NCBI GenBank assembly: GCA_964016885.1 | Contig: OZ024743.1 | Coordinates: 274,846,001 to 274,910,000, forward strand | Direction: 5' to 3' | DNA: 64,000 nt | DNA from: Eledone cirrhosa | Taxonomy: Eukaryota | Shown here: in pieces, positions 25,176 to 37,857 of the stretch | Layout: the number at the start of each line of letters is the position of its first letter | Position numbering within the stretch: the stretch's first letter is position 1 | The notes under the pieces: generated by a model | What the model was told of the DNA's origin: nothing | Databases searched by the model: none | What the model saw: only the letters and a program-made list of their open reading frames with translations | Made by a program: the position numbers and the translations under genes

Positions 25176-28100
25176 ATGACCTCACTCAGAATAGGCAGCA
25201 TAAATGCGCGTGGCTTGGGGTCGTCATGGAAGCAGGGTCACCTGCTCAACGACCTCAGGTCACTAAACATAGATGTAGTGGCCATCAGCGAGACCAGAAT
25301 CTCCGAAGCACGGGCCTTCGCACCGATCTTCGGCGGCTACGATGTGTACGCATCTTCCAGCCGTCCTGGATCGAGGTGAGGAGTTGCTGTGCTTTTTCGG
25401 AGAGGTTTGGATCTCGCCATACGGGCCATCTTCCTGGACCCAGAGGGTAAATTTGATGGTGCTGGACGTGACCAGCGGAGACGGGCAAGCATTCAGGCTA
25501 GTGGCCGTCTATGCCCCGACAGGAGCAGGGCGGCCTGATTTCTTCCGGCGTCTGGAGACCTTTCTTGGAACGTCCCGCTCTTTAGTGTTAGTGGGCGACT
25601 GGAACGGGATCTTAGATGCACGCTGGGACTGTGTGGGATTAGCGGATAGGGGTGGAGGGTGCAAGAGCCTCACCAACCTGCTCAGGCGTTTTGAACTGTC
25701 TGACAGGTACCGATTGGATTTCCCGAATGTGCCAATGTGGACTTGGACAAATCGCATAGGGTCATCCAGATCATATCTAGATAGAGTATTTTGTAGGGAA
25801 ATAGATAGGTCTAGCATAGGCTGTCCACAATTCAAGATAGTCAGCTACACGGACCACAAATTCGTGATCTGTGTGCTTGACTTAGATAGGCTTCATAGAC
25901 GAGGACCCGGCTACTGGAAGCTAAACGCGTCCTTACCAGCGCGTAAGGCCTACAGAGACCGGATTAGCGAACTAGTTAAGCGGGCGTTGACGGGGGCCAT
26001 CGTCAACAACAAGTGGTAGTTTGCTCTGAAAAGAGCGATTAGAATAGAATCCATTAGATTTAGTAAGGCTTTAGCAATAGAGAAAAATAGAGCAGAGGGA
26101 GAACTAGTTAGAAAATTAGACGAGGCGCTTAGCAAAGGCATTGCGACCGACGTGCTTGCGGCGAAATTGGCCCTTGACCAATTCTTCAATGCAAAGCACG
26201 AAGGCTGCGTTGTCAGCGCAAGGGTGCGTGCTCTCAGACACGAGGGGACGAAAGCCGTTCAATGGGCCCGAGTGGCGGAGGCGCGTCGTGGCAACAAAGC
26301 CACGATCCGGTCTTTGGTGGACCACGACGGGCGCATGCTACTCGATCCCGGGCAAATGTGTGAAGCTTTTCAGCGACACTTCGCTCAGCTGTTCGGGGGC
26401 AGCGGTGGGCCGGGTCGAGGGATGGAATTTAGTGTCTACCTCGACGGACTGCCGCGGCTCTCGGCCACTGAGGCGAAGTGTTGCGAAAAGCCGATAACAG
26501 CCGCTGAAGTAATGGAGGCAATGACTGGCTGCACAAGGGGTAAATCGCCTGGTTTGGATGGTCTGCCCTATGAACTTTACGTACAGATGCCAGACTTGTT
26601 CGGAGGCCTCTTGGCGGACGTCTACTGCAACTGGCAACAGAACGGGAGAATTCCCAGTTCTGTGAGCCGAGGAGCGGTGGCACTGCTGAGAAAGGATCCG
26701 AACAAGGGGGATAACATAGATAATTTCCGGCCCATATCTCTGCTAAACACAGAGTTCAAGATTTTGGCCAAGGTGCTAGCAAAGAGGTTGGCGCTTGTCG
26801 TTGGTGGTCTGGTGGGAGAGGCGCAGACATGCGCCATTCCCGACAGATCCATCCACGACAACCTCCACCTCATGCGATACATCGTAGAAAGGGTAGCTAG
26901 GGAAACTGGCACTGGTGGGTCCTTGATCAATTTAGATCAGTCGAAAGCTTTCGATAGGGTCGACCATCGTTACCTGGCGGCAGTCCTGATGGCGGCTGGC
27001 TTTGGGCCCGTCTTCAGAGGCTGGATCGCTGCCATGCACAGCGGCATCTGCTCTGTGGTGAGAGTGAATGGTCACCTGTCGGAACCGTTCAACTTCATGC
27101 GCTCGGTCAGCCAAGGATGTCCCCTCTCGTCCCTCTTGTACGTATTGACTCTCGAGCCATTACTGCACAAACTGGAGACGTTGAGGGGCGTCCCGCGCGA
27201 ACTAGGATGTGGAAGATCCGTGTCAGCATATGCGGACGATGTCACCGTAGTGGTGTCGAACGCCAAAAACATCGAGGCGATCGGCACTACACTAAGAGAA
27301 TACGAAGCGGTGACAGGAGCAATGATCAACCAGGAAAAGTCAGTGAGCCTGCAGCTCAGCACCTGGAGAGGCAGGTCCATGCCGTCCAACAGCGTCGTCG
27401 GACGCTGGACGGACGGACCGGTTAAATTGCTAGGGGTCTGGTTCGGTCCGGACCTCCAGACGGACAAAAACTGGGACGAGGTGACGACCAGGGTGGCTTC
27501 TCTCACCCAGAAATGGGCGGAGAGGAAGCTATCCCTGAAAGGTCGAGCTGAGGTGGCTAACGCGTACATCGCGTCTGTCATCTGCTACCGCCTGACCGTC
27601 GTACCTTGTCCTAAGCCTCGCCTGACTGCGCTGGAGCGTTTGCTCTTTCGCTTTTTGTGGAAGGGACGCGCTCCGATGGTCAGGCGGTCCATCTGTTGTC
27701 AACACCCGCTACGTGGAGGGCTGGGCATGCCGTGGCTGATGATGCGCAGGCACGCGCTCAGGCTACGACATCTCCACCTCTTCCTCGACGGTGATCAGGT
27801 GTGGTCGCCGTTTGCTAGACACGTATTTCCCCAGGTCGTTTCCTTGACGGAGCTGCAGTCCTAGGTCAAGCGAAGACCGAGAGGGAGCGCCTGGAGACTG
27901 GAATGTCTTCAGGGGCTCACAGCCCTCGACCAATCGGGCAATGTGATCGGTGGAAACTCCACCTCGGCGTTCTATAGAGGATTAGTGGAGGGGAAGAGCG
28001 ACGACGTACTTGGGGAAACTCTAGGCGTCGACGAAAATCAACTAGCCAATCTCTTCGGAAGAACTTTCGGGCCAGGGCCTATGGACAACTTCCAGAAATC

Positions 28101-28596
28101 TCTGGCCTGGCAGTGCTACCGAGGAGCCTTGCCAGTTCGGGATAAACTCTACAGGCATGGAGGTGCCGTCAGCCGGGCATGTCCGAGATGCGCGCAGGGC
28201 GACGAAACCGTCCTGCACGCACTCGTCCAGTGTCCGAAAATTGCTGACTTGTGGGTTTATGTCGAACACCTGCTGTCGCGTTTAGGACGGATCCGGCTAT
28301 CATCTGAGTCCATCGTGAGGATTGCCCCGCCCTCCTCCTTTAGCCGGGAAGGGCAGGCAGTTTTTATCTGTCTGGTGGCCATGGCGAAAGAGATGGTATG
28401 GTGGACACGTTTGAAAGGGCTGAAGACGAGCACTTACCTCTTCGGTGATGCTCTGATTGACTTTTTCAAATTTCATTTGAAAAGGAAAATCAGAGTAGAG
28501 AGGGAAGTGCTCTCTTCCCAGCATTTTGTTGAAAGATGGGTGAGAGAAGCAAGAATGGCCCGAGTGAATGGGCCTACTCTGAGTATATATCTGTAA
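25176..28596 (+). pseudogene. LINE ORF2 (APE endonuclease - RT - C-terminal Cys/His domain), disrupted
   Basis: APE motifs SINARGL, AISET, AVYAP, GDWN, YLDR, TDH. RT motifs PGLDGLP, FRPISLLN, DQSKAFDRV, QGCPLS, YADD. C-terminal CPRC...ETVLHALVQC. One frameshift near 25375 and in-frame TAG at 26017 and 27862. Confidence 0.92.
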
Positions 28597-28857
28597 ATTA
28601 AAGGTGGAAAACTGGGAGATGGCACTTGCCTTGGTGGTCAGGGTCATTGTGGCCTTTTACTGGGCTTTCTCCACAAATGTCCCTCCGAAGTCTCCCCCCT
28701 ATTGGGGAATTTTTCATTGTTATTTTCATTGTTATTTTTGTTACATCCTCTGTTTTTGTTTTTTTTACACGCAGAAATGCCCATTTGTACCGTCCTGCAT
28801 TGTCCTGCACTGTCCTTAATGTCTACTTTATGTAAACCCTTGTGGTTAATAAAGAAA

Positions 28858-28904
<47 letters not shown>

Positions 28905-28949
28905 GTTACTATTATTATTACGTTTTTTTAATTTTTTTTTTCCTAATTC

Positions 28950-31900
28950 AATGATGTTCCAAAACAATATAAAAGAGATAATTGGCAATAAAGGTTCTGG
29001 AACAAAAAAGATAATTGGCAATAAAGGCAGGGGCCCCAGAGTATCACAGGCTGGGCCCGCTCGTCATCGTGGCACTGTAATAGAGCCAAACAAGGCATTT
29101 AGTCTTGGCTGCTGGAACGTACGGACGCTGCTTCACAGGGATTCCTTGGAGCGTCCTGAACAAAGGACCGCTCTTGTGGCAAAGGAGCTTCGACGTTACG
29201 ATCTTGACATCGTGGATTTATCTGAGACGAGGTTAGCTGGAGATGGTCATCTTACGGAATTTTGTGGAGAATATACATTCTTCTGGAAAGGAAGAGATGA
29301 AGGAACCAGAAGAGAGGCTGGGGTAGGATTTGCTGTTAAGACTGTTCTTATGAATAAATTAGAATTACCAGTGGGGATTAGTGAGCGTCTTATGTCCACG
29401 AGAATTCCGCTGGACAAAGGACGATATGCGACCCTGGTGAGTGTGTATGCTCCAACTATGAATTCTGTAGATGAAGAAAAAGTGTCCTTTTACCATGCCT
29501 TGAAAGGTGTTTTAAGAAATATCCCTCAGGCAGATAAAGTCATCGTGCTTAGTGACTTTAATGCTAGAGTGGGTAGGGATTTTAACACATGGAATGTATT
29601 CGGAAGGCATGGGGTGGGAAAGTGTAACAACAATGGTATGCTCCTGCTGCAGATGTGTGAGGAGCTGGATCTGTGTGTTACCAACACCATGTTCCAACAA
29701 AAGAACAAATTCAAGACCACATGGATGCATGCTGCATCTAAGGAATTGCATCTTTTGGACTACGTCCTAGTCAGGATGCGTGACAGACAGGATGTGCAGT
29801 GTGTTCGTGCTCTTCGTGGAGCTGAGTGCTGGACGAAACTCCCGCCTGGTACGCGCAAAAGTAAAACTAATCACTCAACGTAAAATCCGGGCTCCTGGTG
29901 TTGCCCTGCCCAGAAGATTTAATGCTGCTCGTCTTAAGGATAAAAATGTGAAGAAGACATTGCAAGAAGAGATGCAGGTTGCCGATGTTGGTGAGGATTG
30001 GCCGACCCTTAAAAAGTCGGTTTATGATGTAGGCTGGCGTGTTCTGGGATTGGTGCAGAGAAAACATCAGGACTGGTTTAATGAGAATGATATATATATA
30101 GAAGACTTGTTGGCTGATAAGAGACGTGTTCTGTCACGCTACTTGACGGCAAAACAATAGGAGAAGAATACGTTGCATAAGGAACTCAAGTGTTAGGCGG
30201 AGTCTTTCTCAGATGAAGGATCAGTGGTGGAGTGAGAAGGCTGATGAGATACAAACTGCGTCAGATTCCAATAACACAAAGCTGTTGTACAGTCTCTTGC
30301 GTGAAGTTTATGGACCGTCTTCTCTGGTGACACCGCTTCGCCGCAAGGATGGCAAAGAATTTCTTCGTGACTCCCAAGGAATTCTACGAAGGTGGCGAGA
30401 GCACTTTGATGATCTTTTGAATCAGCCGTCTGTCGTAAATGAAGATTTCCTCAATCTCATTCCAGAAAGTCCTGTGAAAGTAACTCTCGCAGAACCTCCG
30501 ACGCTTGTGGGGGTTGCAGTGGCTATCTCGAAGCTGAACAGTGGAAGGTCTCCAGGTATGGATGGCATACATGCTGAACTCCTACAATATGGTAGTGAGA
30601 GACTCCTGCAACACTCTTTGTTTGGCAGGATATGGGCTAATGAATCCGTAATGATGGTCTTGTACAAGGGAAAGGGTAACAGGAATGATTGTGGGAACTA
30701 CAGAGGTATATCATTGCTTTCTGTCGTAGGGAAAGTTTTATGTAGGGTGCTTCAGGACCGTCTGCTGACACACATTGCAGATTGTGTTCTTCCTCAAAGT
30801 CAATCTGATTTTCGTGCTGGACGCGGCACTACTGATTTGATCTTCTCAGCTAGATAGTTCCAGGAGAAGTGCATGGAACAAGGTTTGGATCTGTATCAGG
30901 CTTTTGTCGATCTGACAAAAGCTTTTGATACTGTTAACAGAAATGCATTATGGAAAGTTCTCCAGAAACTTGGTTGCCCTGATAAGTTCCTTGCTTTAGT
31001 TAGGTCTTTCCATGACGACATGAAGGCTTGGGTTAATGTCGGAGGTAACATGTCGGAGCCTATCTCAGTAAAAAATGGGGTGAGACAGGCGGATATTCCA
31101 GCACCGACCCTTTTTGCCATATACTTTGCAATGGCATTCTGTATTGCATTCACGAATTGCGAGCATGGTGTTTACATTCGATATCGAACCACAGGCAGCA
31201 TATTTAACACCAGGCGCTTTCTGCAAAAACAAAAGTATTTACATCAATAAGAGACCTCTTGCATGCAGATGATTGCGATCTTGTAGCGCACACAGAGAGT
31301 GATATGCAGCATATTTTGAATGCATTTTCTGATGCTTGCACTGTCCTAGGATTGACTGGCAGTCTCAAGAAAACCGTCGTCATGTACCAACCTGCTCCTG
31401 GTAAGCAGTACAGTGAACCAAATACCTATGTGTATGGTAAACGACTTGAAGTGGTTGATCAGTTTGTCTACCTGGGAAGCACAATCAATCGATACAGCAA
31501 CCTTGATAATGAAATCTCACTTAGGATTAGGAAAGCAAGTGATGCTTTCGGAAAGCTAAAAAGGCGACTCTGGGGTCGGCGAGACATATGCAAGAAGACA
31601 AAGGTAAAGGTGTACAAGGCATGTGTGCTCTGTTCTCTTCTTTATGCCTGCGAGACCTGGGTCACATATCGACACCACCTTAAGCAATTGGAGCGTTTCC
31701 ATCAGATGTGTCTCAGACGGATCCATGGCGTTCACTGGAGGGACCACATCAGTGATGTCGAGATTTTGGAAAGCTCTATGTGTGACAGTATAGAAGCTCC
31801 TGTACGTAAGCAACGACTACGTTGGAGTGGTCACCTTGCCAGGATGAAGGATTCTAGAATACCAAAACAACTCTTTTATGGAGAGTTAGTTAAATGAAAA

Positions 31901-32450
31901 CGACCTCCACATAAACTAAAAAAGAGGTATAAGGATTCCTTGAAAGCCTCTTTGAAAGACGCTAACATCTCTGCTGATACATGGGAAAATGTTGCTGCTG
32001 ATCGTAATAAATGGAGAAATACTGTGTATGAGGGGAAAGTTGCCTTTGAGGCATCTCGAATCGCATACGAGAAAGTAAAGCGGGGTGTGAGGAAGGGCAT
32101 TGCTGTTGCATTTCCAGACAGCGAAGGTCCTCATATGGTGCTGACATGCAGCGTCTGTACGAGACTCTGCCTAAGCAAAGCTGGACTCGAAAGTCATCTT
32201 CGCAGTCATAAAGTGAGACCAGTGGTTGACTACTAGGCTGCTGTTGGAGATGCTACTCATCATGCTTGCCAAACATGTGGTAGAGAATGTAAATCAGCAG
32301 GAGGGCTCAAACGACATACAAAAGTACATGAAGTTCAACCACAGCCGGCTATTCCCAGCGAATGTTTTGGTTGCCAACTCTATGCAAGACATTTTAGATC
32401 ATTGGCTGGGCTAAAAAGCCACATTCGATCGCAGCACTGTTAATTGCTAT
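28950..32450 (+). mobile_element. RTE-clade LINE (single ORF: APE-RT-3x C2H2), decayed
   Basis: WNVRTLL...RTALVAKEL...LSETRL...YTFFWKG...GVGFA, VSVYAPT, DFNARVG, NYRGISLL, FVDLTKAFD, ADD, YLGS, LLYACETW, LRWSGH. Several stops and frameshifts. C2H2 fingers at 32147-32443. Confidence 0.92.
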
Positions 32451-32487
32451 CGTGTGTGTGTGTGTGTGGATATGTTTATGTGTGTGC

Positions 32488-32628
<141 letters not shown>

Positions 32629-32640
32629 TATATATATATC

Positions 32641-34249
32641 CAGGGCGGGCAAAATTCCCGAGATCAATGGATGAGTTCTCTCCAGCGGTCTCTGTCCCTC
32701 ATTATCCTGCGTCTCCAACAGACCAGTGTCTGTCCTTAGGGCATCAACATACGTTAACCTTGGTCTTCCTCTTCCAGTGTGTCCATGTAGGGGCTCCCAC
32801 AGGAGCACTGAGTGCAATGTCAACTCTGGATGTCGGTGAGCACGCCCAGCTAACCTCAGTCACCTCTGTGTCACTTTTGAGCTGACTTTTGGGAGGCTCC
32901 CATACATCTCTGATTTTTTCATCCTCAGTGTATACTGATTAATGTTCAGAGCCATCCTCAGCATTCTCGTGTAGCACCCATCCACCACCTGAGTGAGTTT
33001 CTTGGTTAGTGTCAAAGTCTCAGACCCGTACAGCAGCACAGACTCCACTACAGCAATGAAGAGGCGGATTTTCAGGTCTTTACGAAGGTCCGACTTCCAC
33101 ACCGATCTCAAGCTATGGCCCGCCGCCCAGGCTTTGCTCTTCCTCTCAACCACATCATCTTCTGTATTCCCAATCTTTGCTCCCACATACAGGAAGCCCT
33201 CAACCAATTCTAGCGGCTTCCCGCCGACATTAGTGATCCCCTCTGGCTTCTCAACATTCTCTACCAGATACTTTGTTTTAGTCTCATTCATTCTCAGCCC
33301 CACACTTATCGACACAGTCTCAACCTCCTGCATCAAATCCTCTGCCTCCTTCACTGTATTTGTCACCAAAACTATGTCGTCGGCAAATTCAGCAACTGAT
33401 ACCCTTTTCGCCTTAACTATCCTGCTCTGAGCCGGTGCTACAGTAAAGAAGAGTCCTGGTGTTTCTCCAGTGCAAGGCGCATAGGAAGAGAATAGGAAGA
33501 GGAAATGGCTAAACCATTTTAGGACCCTACTAAGAGAGCCACCCTTCACAGCCCAGAGCACTGGGGAGATCAGGCGGCTGTTTGAGGAACTGGATATTGA
33601 GACAGAGCCCTTAACCAGAGAGGAGCTTCAGAGAGCCAAGAAAAGGATCAAGGAGAAGATGGAGTGGCATCAGAGGTGATGAAGAGGTGTGATTTTTATA
33701 TCATCCTGGGGTTCTGTAACCAGGCACTGGAGAAAGGAGTTGCCCCGAATCAGTGGAGGATCAGTAACATCGTCCCAGTGCAAAAGAAGGGAGATCTCTC
33801 TAACACCAACAACTACAGGGGGGGGGCGGTCTCACTGACGTCACTTGTGGCAAAGACCCTCAACAGGATGATTCTTAACAGGATCCAGCCTGAGATGGAG
33901 AAGAAGCTCAGGGACAACCAGAACGGCTTCAGAGAGGGAAGATCAACCACCAGTCACATCCTGATGCTGAGGAGGATATTAGAGGGAGCTAAAACAAAGT
34001 GCCTTCCTGCGGTCAGGGTTTTCATTGACTTTAGGAAGGCCTTTGATTCTGTGGACCGTCGTTGCCCGATGAAGATCTTACAGGCTTATAGAATCCCCAA
34101 GAAGATAGTGGACCTGATATCACTGCTCTACACCAACACCAAAGCCCAAGTCATTACACCTGATGGGATGACAGAGTTCTTTGAGATACTGGCTGGAGTG
34201 CTCCAGGGAGATACATTGGCTCCCTACCTTTTTATCATCGTAGTAGACT

Positions 34250-34253
<4 letters not shown>
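32641..34253 (-). mobile_element. RTE-type LINE fragment with a 5' inversion
   Basis: 33470-34253 (+) encodes RT up to GVLQGDTLAPYLFIIVVDYC. 33469-32641 (-) continues with ...AEFADDIVL...LLYGSET...LLWEP..RGRP. Flanked by (TA)n. Confidence 0.85.
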
Positions 34254-34300
<47 letters not shown>

Positions 34301-35385
34301 ATAATAATAAAATTGAAGACTAAAACCCAAAGAGGGCTCGATAAGGAAAATATATATCAAATATATAAGAACCGTAGAGCTAATATTTATTAAAATAACA
34401 GATTAAAGTTTAAGCAAAGAATCGCTGCTTTCACCCTTAACGGGATCTTCTGAAACTAACAAAGTCAATCTGTAAACGCAGAACTGGATATTTCAAAAAA
34501 CGTTGCAACCGGAGGAAGACAGGAAGACGATACTTTGGTTCGTGGTAACGTTCGCTGGCAAAGAACGGGAAAAAACGAATAATACGTCATTAATAGGAGC
34601 GGTGAAAAACAATTACGCGCAAAGACAAAACCACGTTTATGGTATAAAAGAGGTCGTAGACTAATGTTCTCTTAGGTGGTGCATAGAGACGTTCTCTGGC
34701 AATGAACGAAAAAACGAAGATAATAAGTCATATGTGGAGCGTGGAGAACAATAGCACGCAAAGACAAAACCACGTAAATGGTATAGCAGAAATCGTAGAC
34801 TAAAATTCTAACTAGGAGACCAAATGAATCTCCGCTACAGAGTTAAGAACAAAGTAAATAAATACAATACAGAAGTAATAGGAACAAATAAATACATACA
34901 CGCAAACAGATACGTACATACACAAGCATACGCAAAACCTTACCATGGGTATACAAAACCACGCACATATAAATATGTGTGTGTGTGTATGCTTGTGTAC
35001 AAATAAATAAATAATTATATAAACGTATATAAGTAAATAAATACGTATATAACAAGCGCACACGCATACCTACATATAAATACACGAATGTTCGGAGACG
35101 TAAGTCAACTAAAACAAGAAGTACACATATACACACACCCACCATACGTACGAACCTGCAGACTCACGCGGACGCAAAACTCCCGTATACACATAGCCAA
35201 ACCCTAAATACCAGAATATGTAAAAATTATACGCTATAACAGTCAAATATACGTACGAGAAGATATACATACCTTCACAAAACATACGGGTAATATATAC
35301 TTACCTATGCAAATACGTAAAGGAATAAACAAAACATATACTTAGCTCCCACATCAAGACGTAAAATATCCACGTATAGATCGTG

Positions 35386-37181
35386 CTATCCGTTAAGGTA
35401 TAACGTGGGGCTGTAATACAGGAGTGTTTTGTGCAATTTATGTTTACAAGCCGAAATTGCCTCAGATTTTTTGTTTAAGATGTGGTCTGTAGCGTAGAGT
35501 ATTTCCAGGGCCTCAGCGGCGCAGAGGTCACATGGTCTTTTATTTCCGTTATACGATTGAGCCCTAGCTAGGATCTCCCAGTGTAACTTATATTGGGTGT
35601 GGTTGTCTTTTAGACTCCAGATATAAGCTGAAAGTGACGTCATATTCCTTCTTAGAGGGTAACGAAAAGAATGGGTATGCATGTAAAGACGCTGCTTGAA
35701 ACTATTGGCGGTTAACTCTATGTAGGCCCTACGGGACGTGGGTGTTACAACCTTACATTTGTAGACAATGTTACTAGAGAGGCATTTCCCGGATAGGGGG
35801 CAATCAGCCCGATTCCTACAATTACAGTTAGTACTACCTACAGGGTTGCACGTGTTCCTACGGCTAGGTAGTTTAGCTAAATTTGAAGCTGTGATGTTAT
35901 GTGCAAGGTTAGGAGTCGTAGAGTAAGAAATTTTAATAGTATTTCTATTAAAAATTTTACTATATGTGTAGGGGGAAAATGCTTCGTAATAAGGGAAAGA
36001 AAGATCTTAGCTAATGGTGTGGCCACCTCCATATTATATGGTGGGTTAAACCAACAAATGCGACGGGATCTATTTCTTCTAGGTCTATTTTCGTACACTG
36101 TATATGCTACCTTATCGACAAATCCACTTCGAGCAAGAGCTTCATTGTAATAAGTGGAATGGTCGTTGAAAATGCGCTCGTTGGTGGAAAGACGGGAAAG
36201 CCTCAACGAAACGTTTCTTACCAGGTTCTTGGTTATGCTGGCAGGATGGTTGGAATGCTTACTTATGTAATTAAGCGTATCATTCGGCTTTCTATACGGG
36301 TAATACAACCCATTCAATAAATTGAGGGTAACGTCGAGGTAATTAACGACCGAGAGATTGGCCTCAACCTGTATAGAGAGGTTGAAGCCTTTAAAGAAGG
36401 CTGTGAGTTCTTTTCTGAACCTGTCGCAAGCACGAGGTCCGCACTTAGTCATGGTCAAAAGACCATCGTCACGGTACAAACCACCGCCCGCGTTGGGGAA
36501 TTCGTCCTTGATAGAGAAAAGAAGGAAAAGGCCAATAAGATCAGTAACCTCCGCAGAGTCACTGGCGCCCATACTCACGTCGAATGGGGTACTATTGGAT
36601 TTTTTAATCCAAATAGAGTCGTCGAAATTAATCACCGACTTTCGGGCATTAAGGATGACATCAACTTCAAAATCCTTAACCACTGTGAGTGTTTTAGCGA
36701 AATTGATAGCTCTAAGGAGAAGTGGTAAAGTGATGGAGGAGTAGTAATTGTTGATGTCGAATTGGATAAAACGGCAATCTTCCTTGTTACATATGCCGTT
36801 GAACCAATCAATCACCGCGAAAGAATTGTTCCACAGTGCGAGAGGGGCCAAACTTCTAATTTCAGGTATAATTCTATCAAGAATCGTTTTACTAAGTCTA
36901 CCTAAATCGGACTTCGTAGGGTTAATAAGCCGAATAGAGGGGTTGTTCGGAAAATTGGATTTGTGATCCTTCAGGGTAAAGTGGGGAGAGATAGGGTCCA
37001 GAGGTTCGGTCCGGTCCAGGATGTTGAAATCAGATGTGATTTTAAACCCAGCATCGTTGATTTCATTGATGACGCACCGATTAGTTTTACGGTAATCCTT
37101 AGTTACAGCATTATGTAGTAGTTGATGGTAAGTACTGCGCTCCACTTGATATAGGTTGCCAGTTTTGTCGGAATGGACGTC
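35386..37181 (-). pseudogene. PLE reverse transcriptase + GIY-YIG endonuclease (Naiad-like motif set); one frameshift, N-terminus missing
   Basis: SDKTGN, TLKDHK, RLINP, FDINNYYSSI, FDVSMG, GLYRDDGL, YLDVTL, YRKPN, SNHP, WFNPP. After a frameshift near 35965: CNC...CPLSGKCLSSNIVY...YIELT...FKQR...H...SLSAYIW...CDLC..E...LNKKSE...CKH. Confidence 0.9.
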
Positions 37182-37547
37182 TTGGTCTCCTAGTTAGAAT
37201 TTTAGTCTACGATTTCTGCTATACCATTAACGTGGTTTTGTCTTTGCGTGCTATTGTTCTCCACGCTCCACATATGACTTATTATCTTCGTTTTTTCGTT
37301 CATTGCCAGAGAACGTCTCTATGCACCACCTAAGAGAACATTAGTCTACGACCTCTTTTATACCATAAACGTGGTTTTGTCTTTGCGCGTAATTGTTTTT
37401 CACCGCTCCTATTAATGACGTATTATTCGTTTTTTCCCGTTCTTTGCCAGCGAACGTTACCACGAACCAAAGTATCGTCTTCCTGTCTTCCTCCGGTTGT
37501 AACGTTTTTTGAAATATCCAGTTCTGCGTTTACAGATTGACTTTGTT

Positions 37548-37598
37548 AGTTTCAGAAGATCCCGTTAAGGGTGAAAGCAGCGATTCTTTGCTTAAACT
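37548..37598 (+). ncRNA. Hammerhead-like motif with variant core (CAGAAGA) in the PLE terminal repeat; mirror copy at ~34407-34457 (-)
   Basis: agttt CAGAAGA tccc gttaa gggt GAAA gca gcgattctt tgc TT aaact. All three stems pair; followed by aataaa. Confidence 0.55.
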
Positions 37599-37614
37599 TT
37601 AATCTGTTATTTTA

Positions 37615-37653
<39 letters not shown>

Positions 37654-37857
37654 GGTTTGAGGTTCACCACTGGATAGAGCTGGTCAATTCCGTATGGTCA
37701 ATCTCAATGTAATAATATAGAGAGTACTCAACGTAAAACAGTTCAACCGTCTTTTTTTTGTAGTTGGTGGTGCTATTACGGAGTTAAATATTATAATGAA
37801 ATGACAGGAGGCTGGATTTGTGTAAATCCTTGATATATATATATATATATATGTATG

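Larger units (their letters stand above)
22934..28920 (+). mobile_element. Near-full-length Tx1/L1-clade non-LTR retrotransposon
   Basis: 5'UTR, ORF1, 35-nt spacer, ORF2, 3'UTR with AATAAA, and a (TTA)n tail at 28861-28920. Confidence 0.92.
34296..37622 (-). mobile_element. 5'-truncated Penelope-like element with an inverted ~440-bp terminal repeat
   Basis: 34383-34823 and 37182-37622 are near-identical inverted copies. Extra ~85-nt 3' tail at 34296-34382. RT+GIY-YIG lies between. Inserted in (TA)n. Confidence 0.92.

Noticed and set aside
28702-28950. Signal-peptide-like poly-Leu N-terminus of the 393-aa ORF
   Set aside because: It is the Tx1 3'UTR and (TTA)n tail read in frame with the downstream RTE endonuclease.
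35386-37181. Selenoprotein-type PLE (in-frame UGA + SECIS, known in some Naiad elements)
   Set aside because: No in-frame TGA in the readable RT or GIY-YIG, and no convincing SECIS seen in the terminal repeat.
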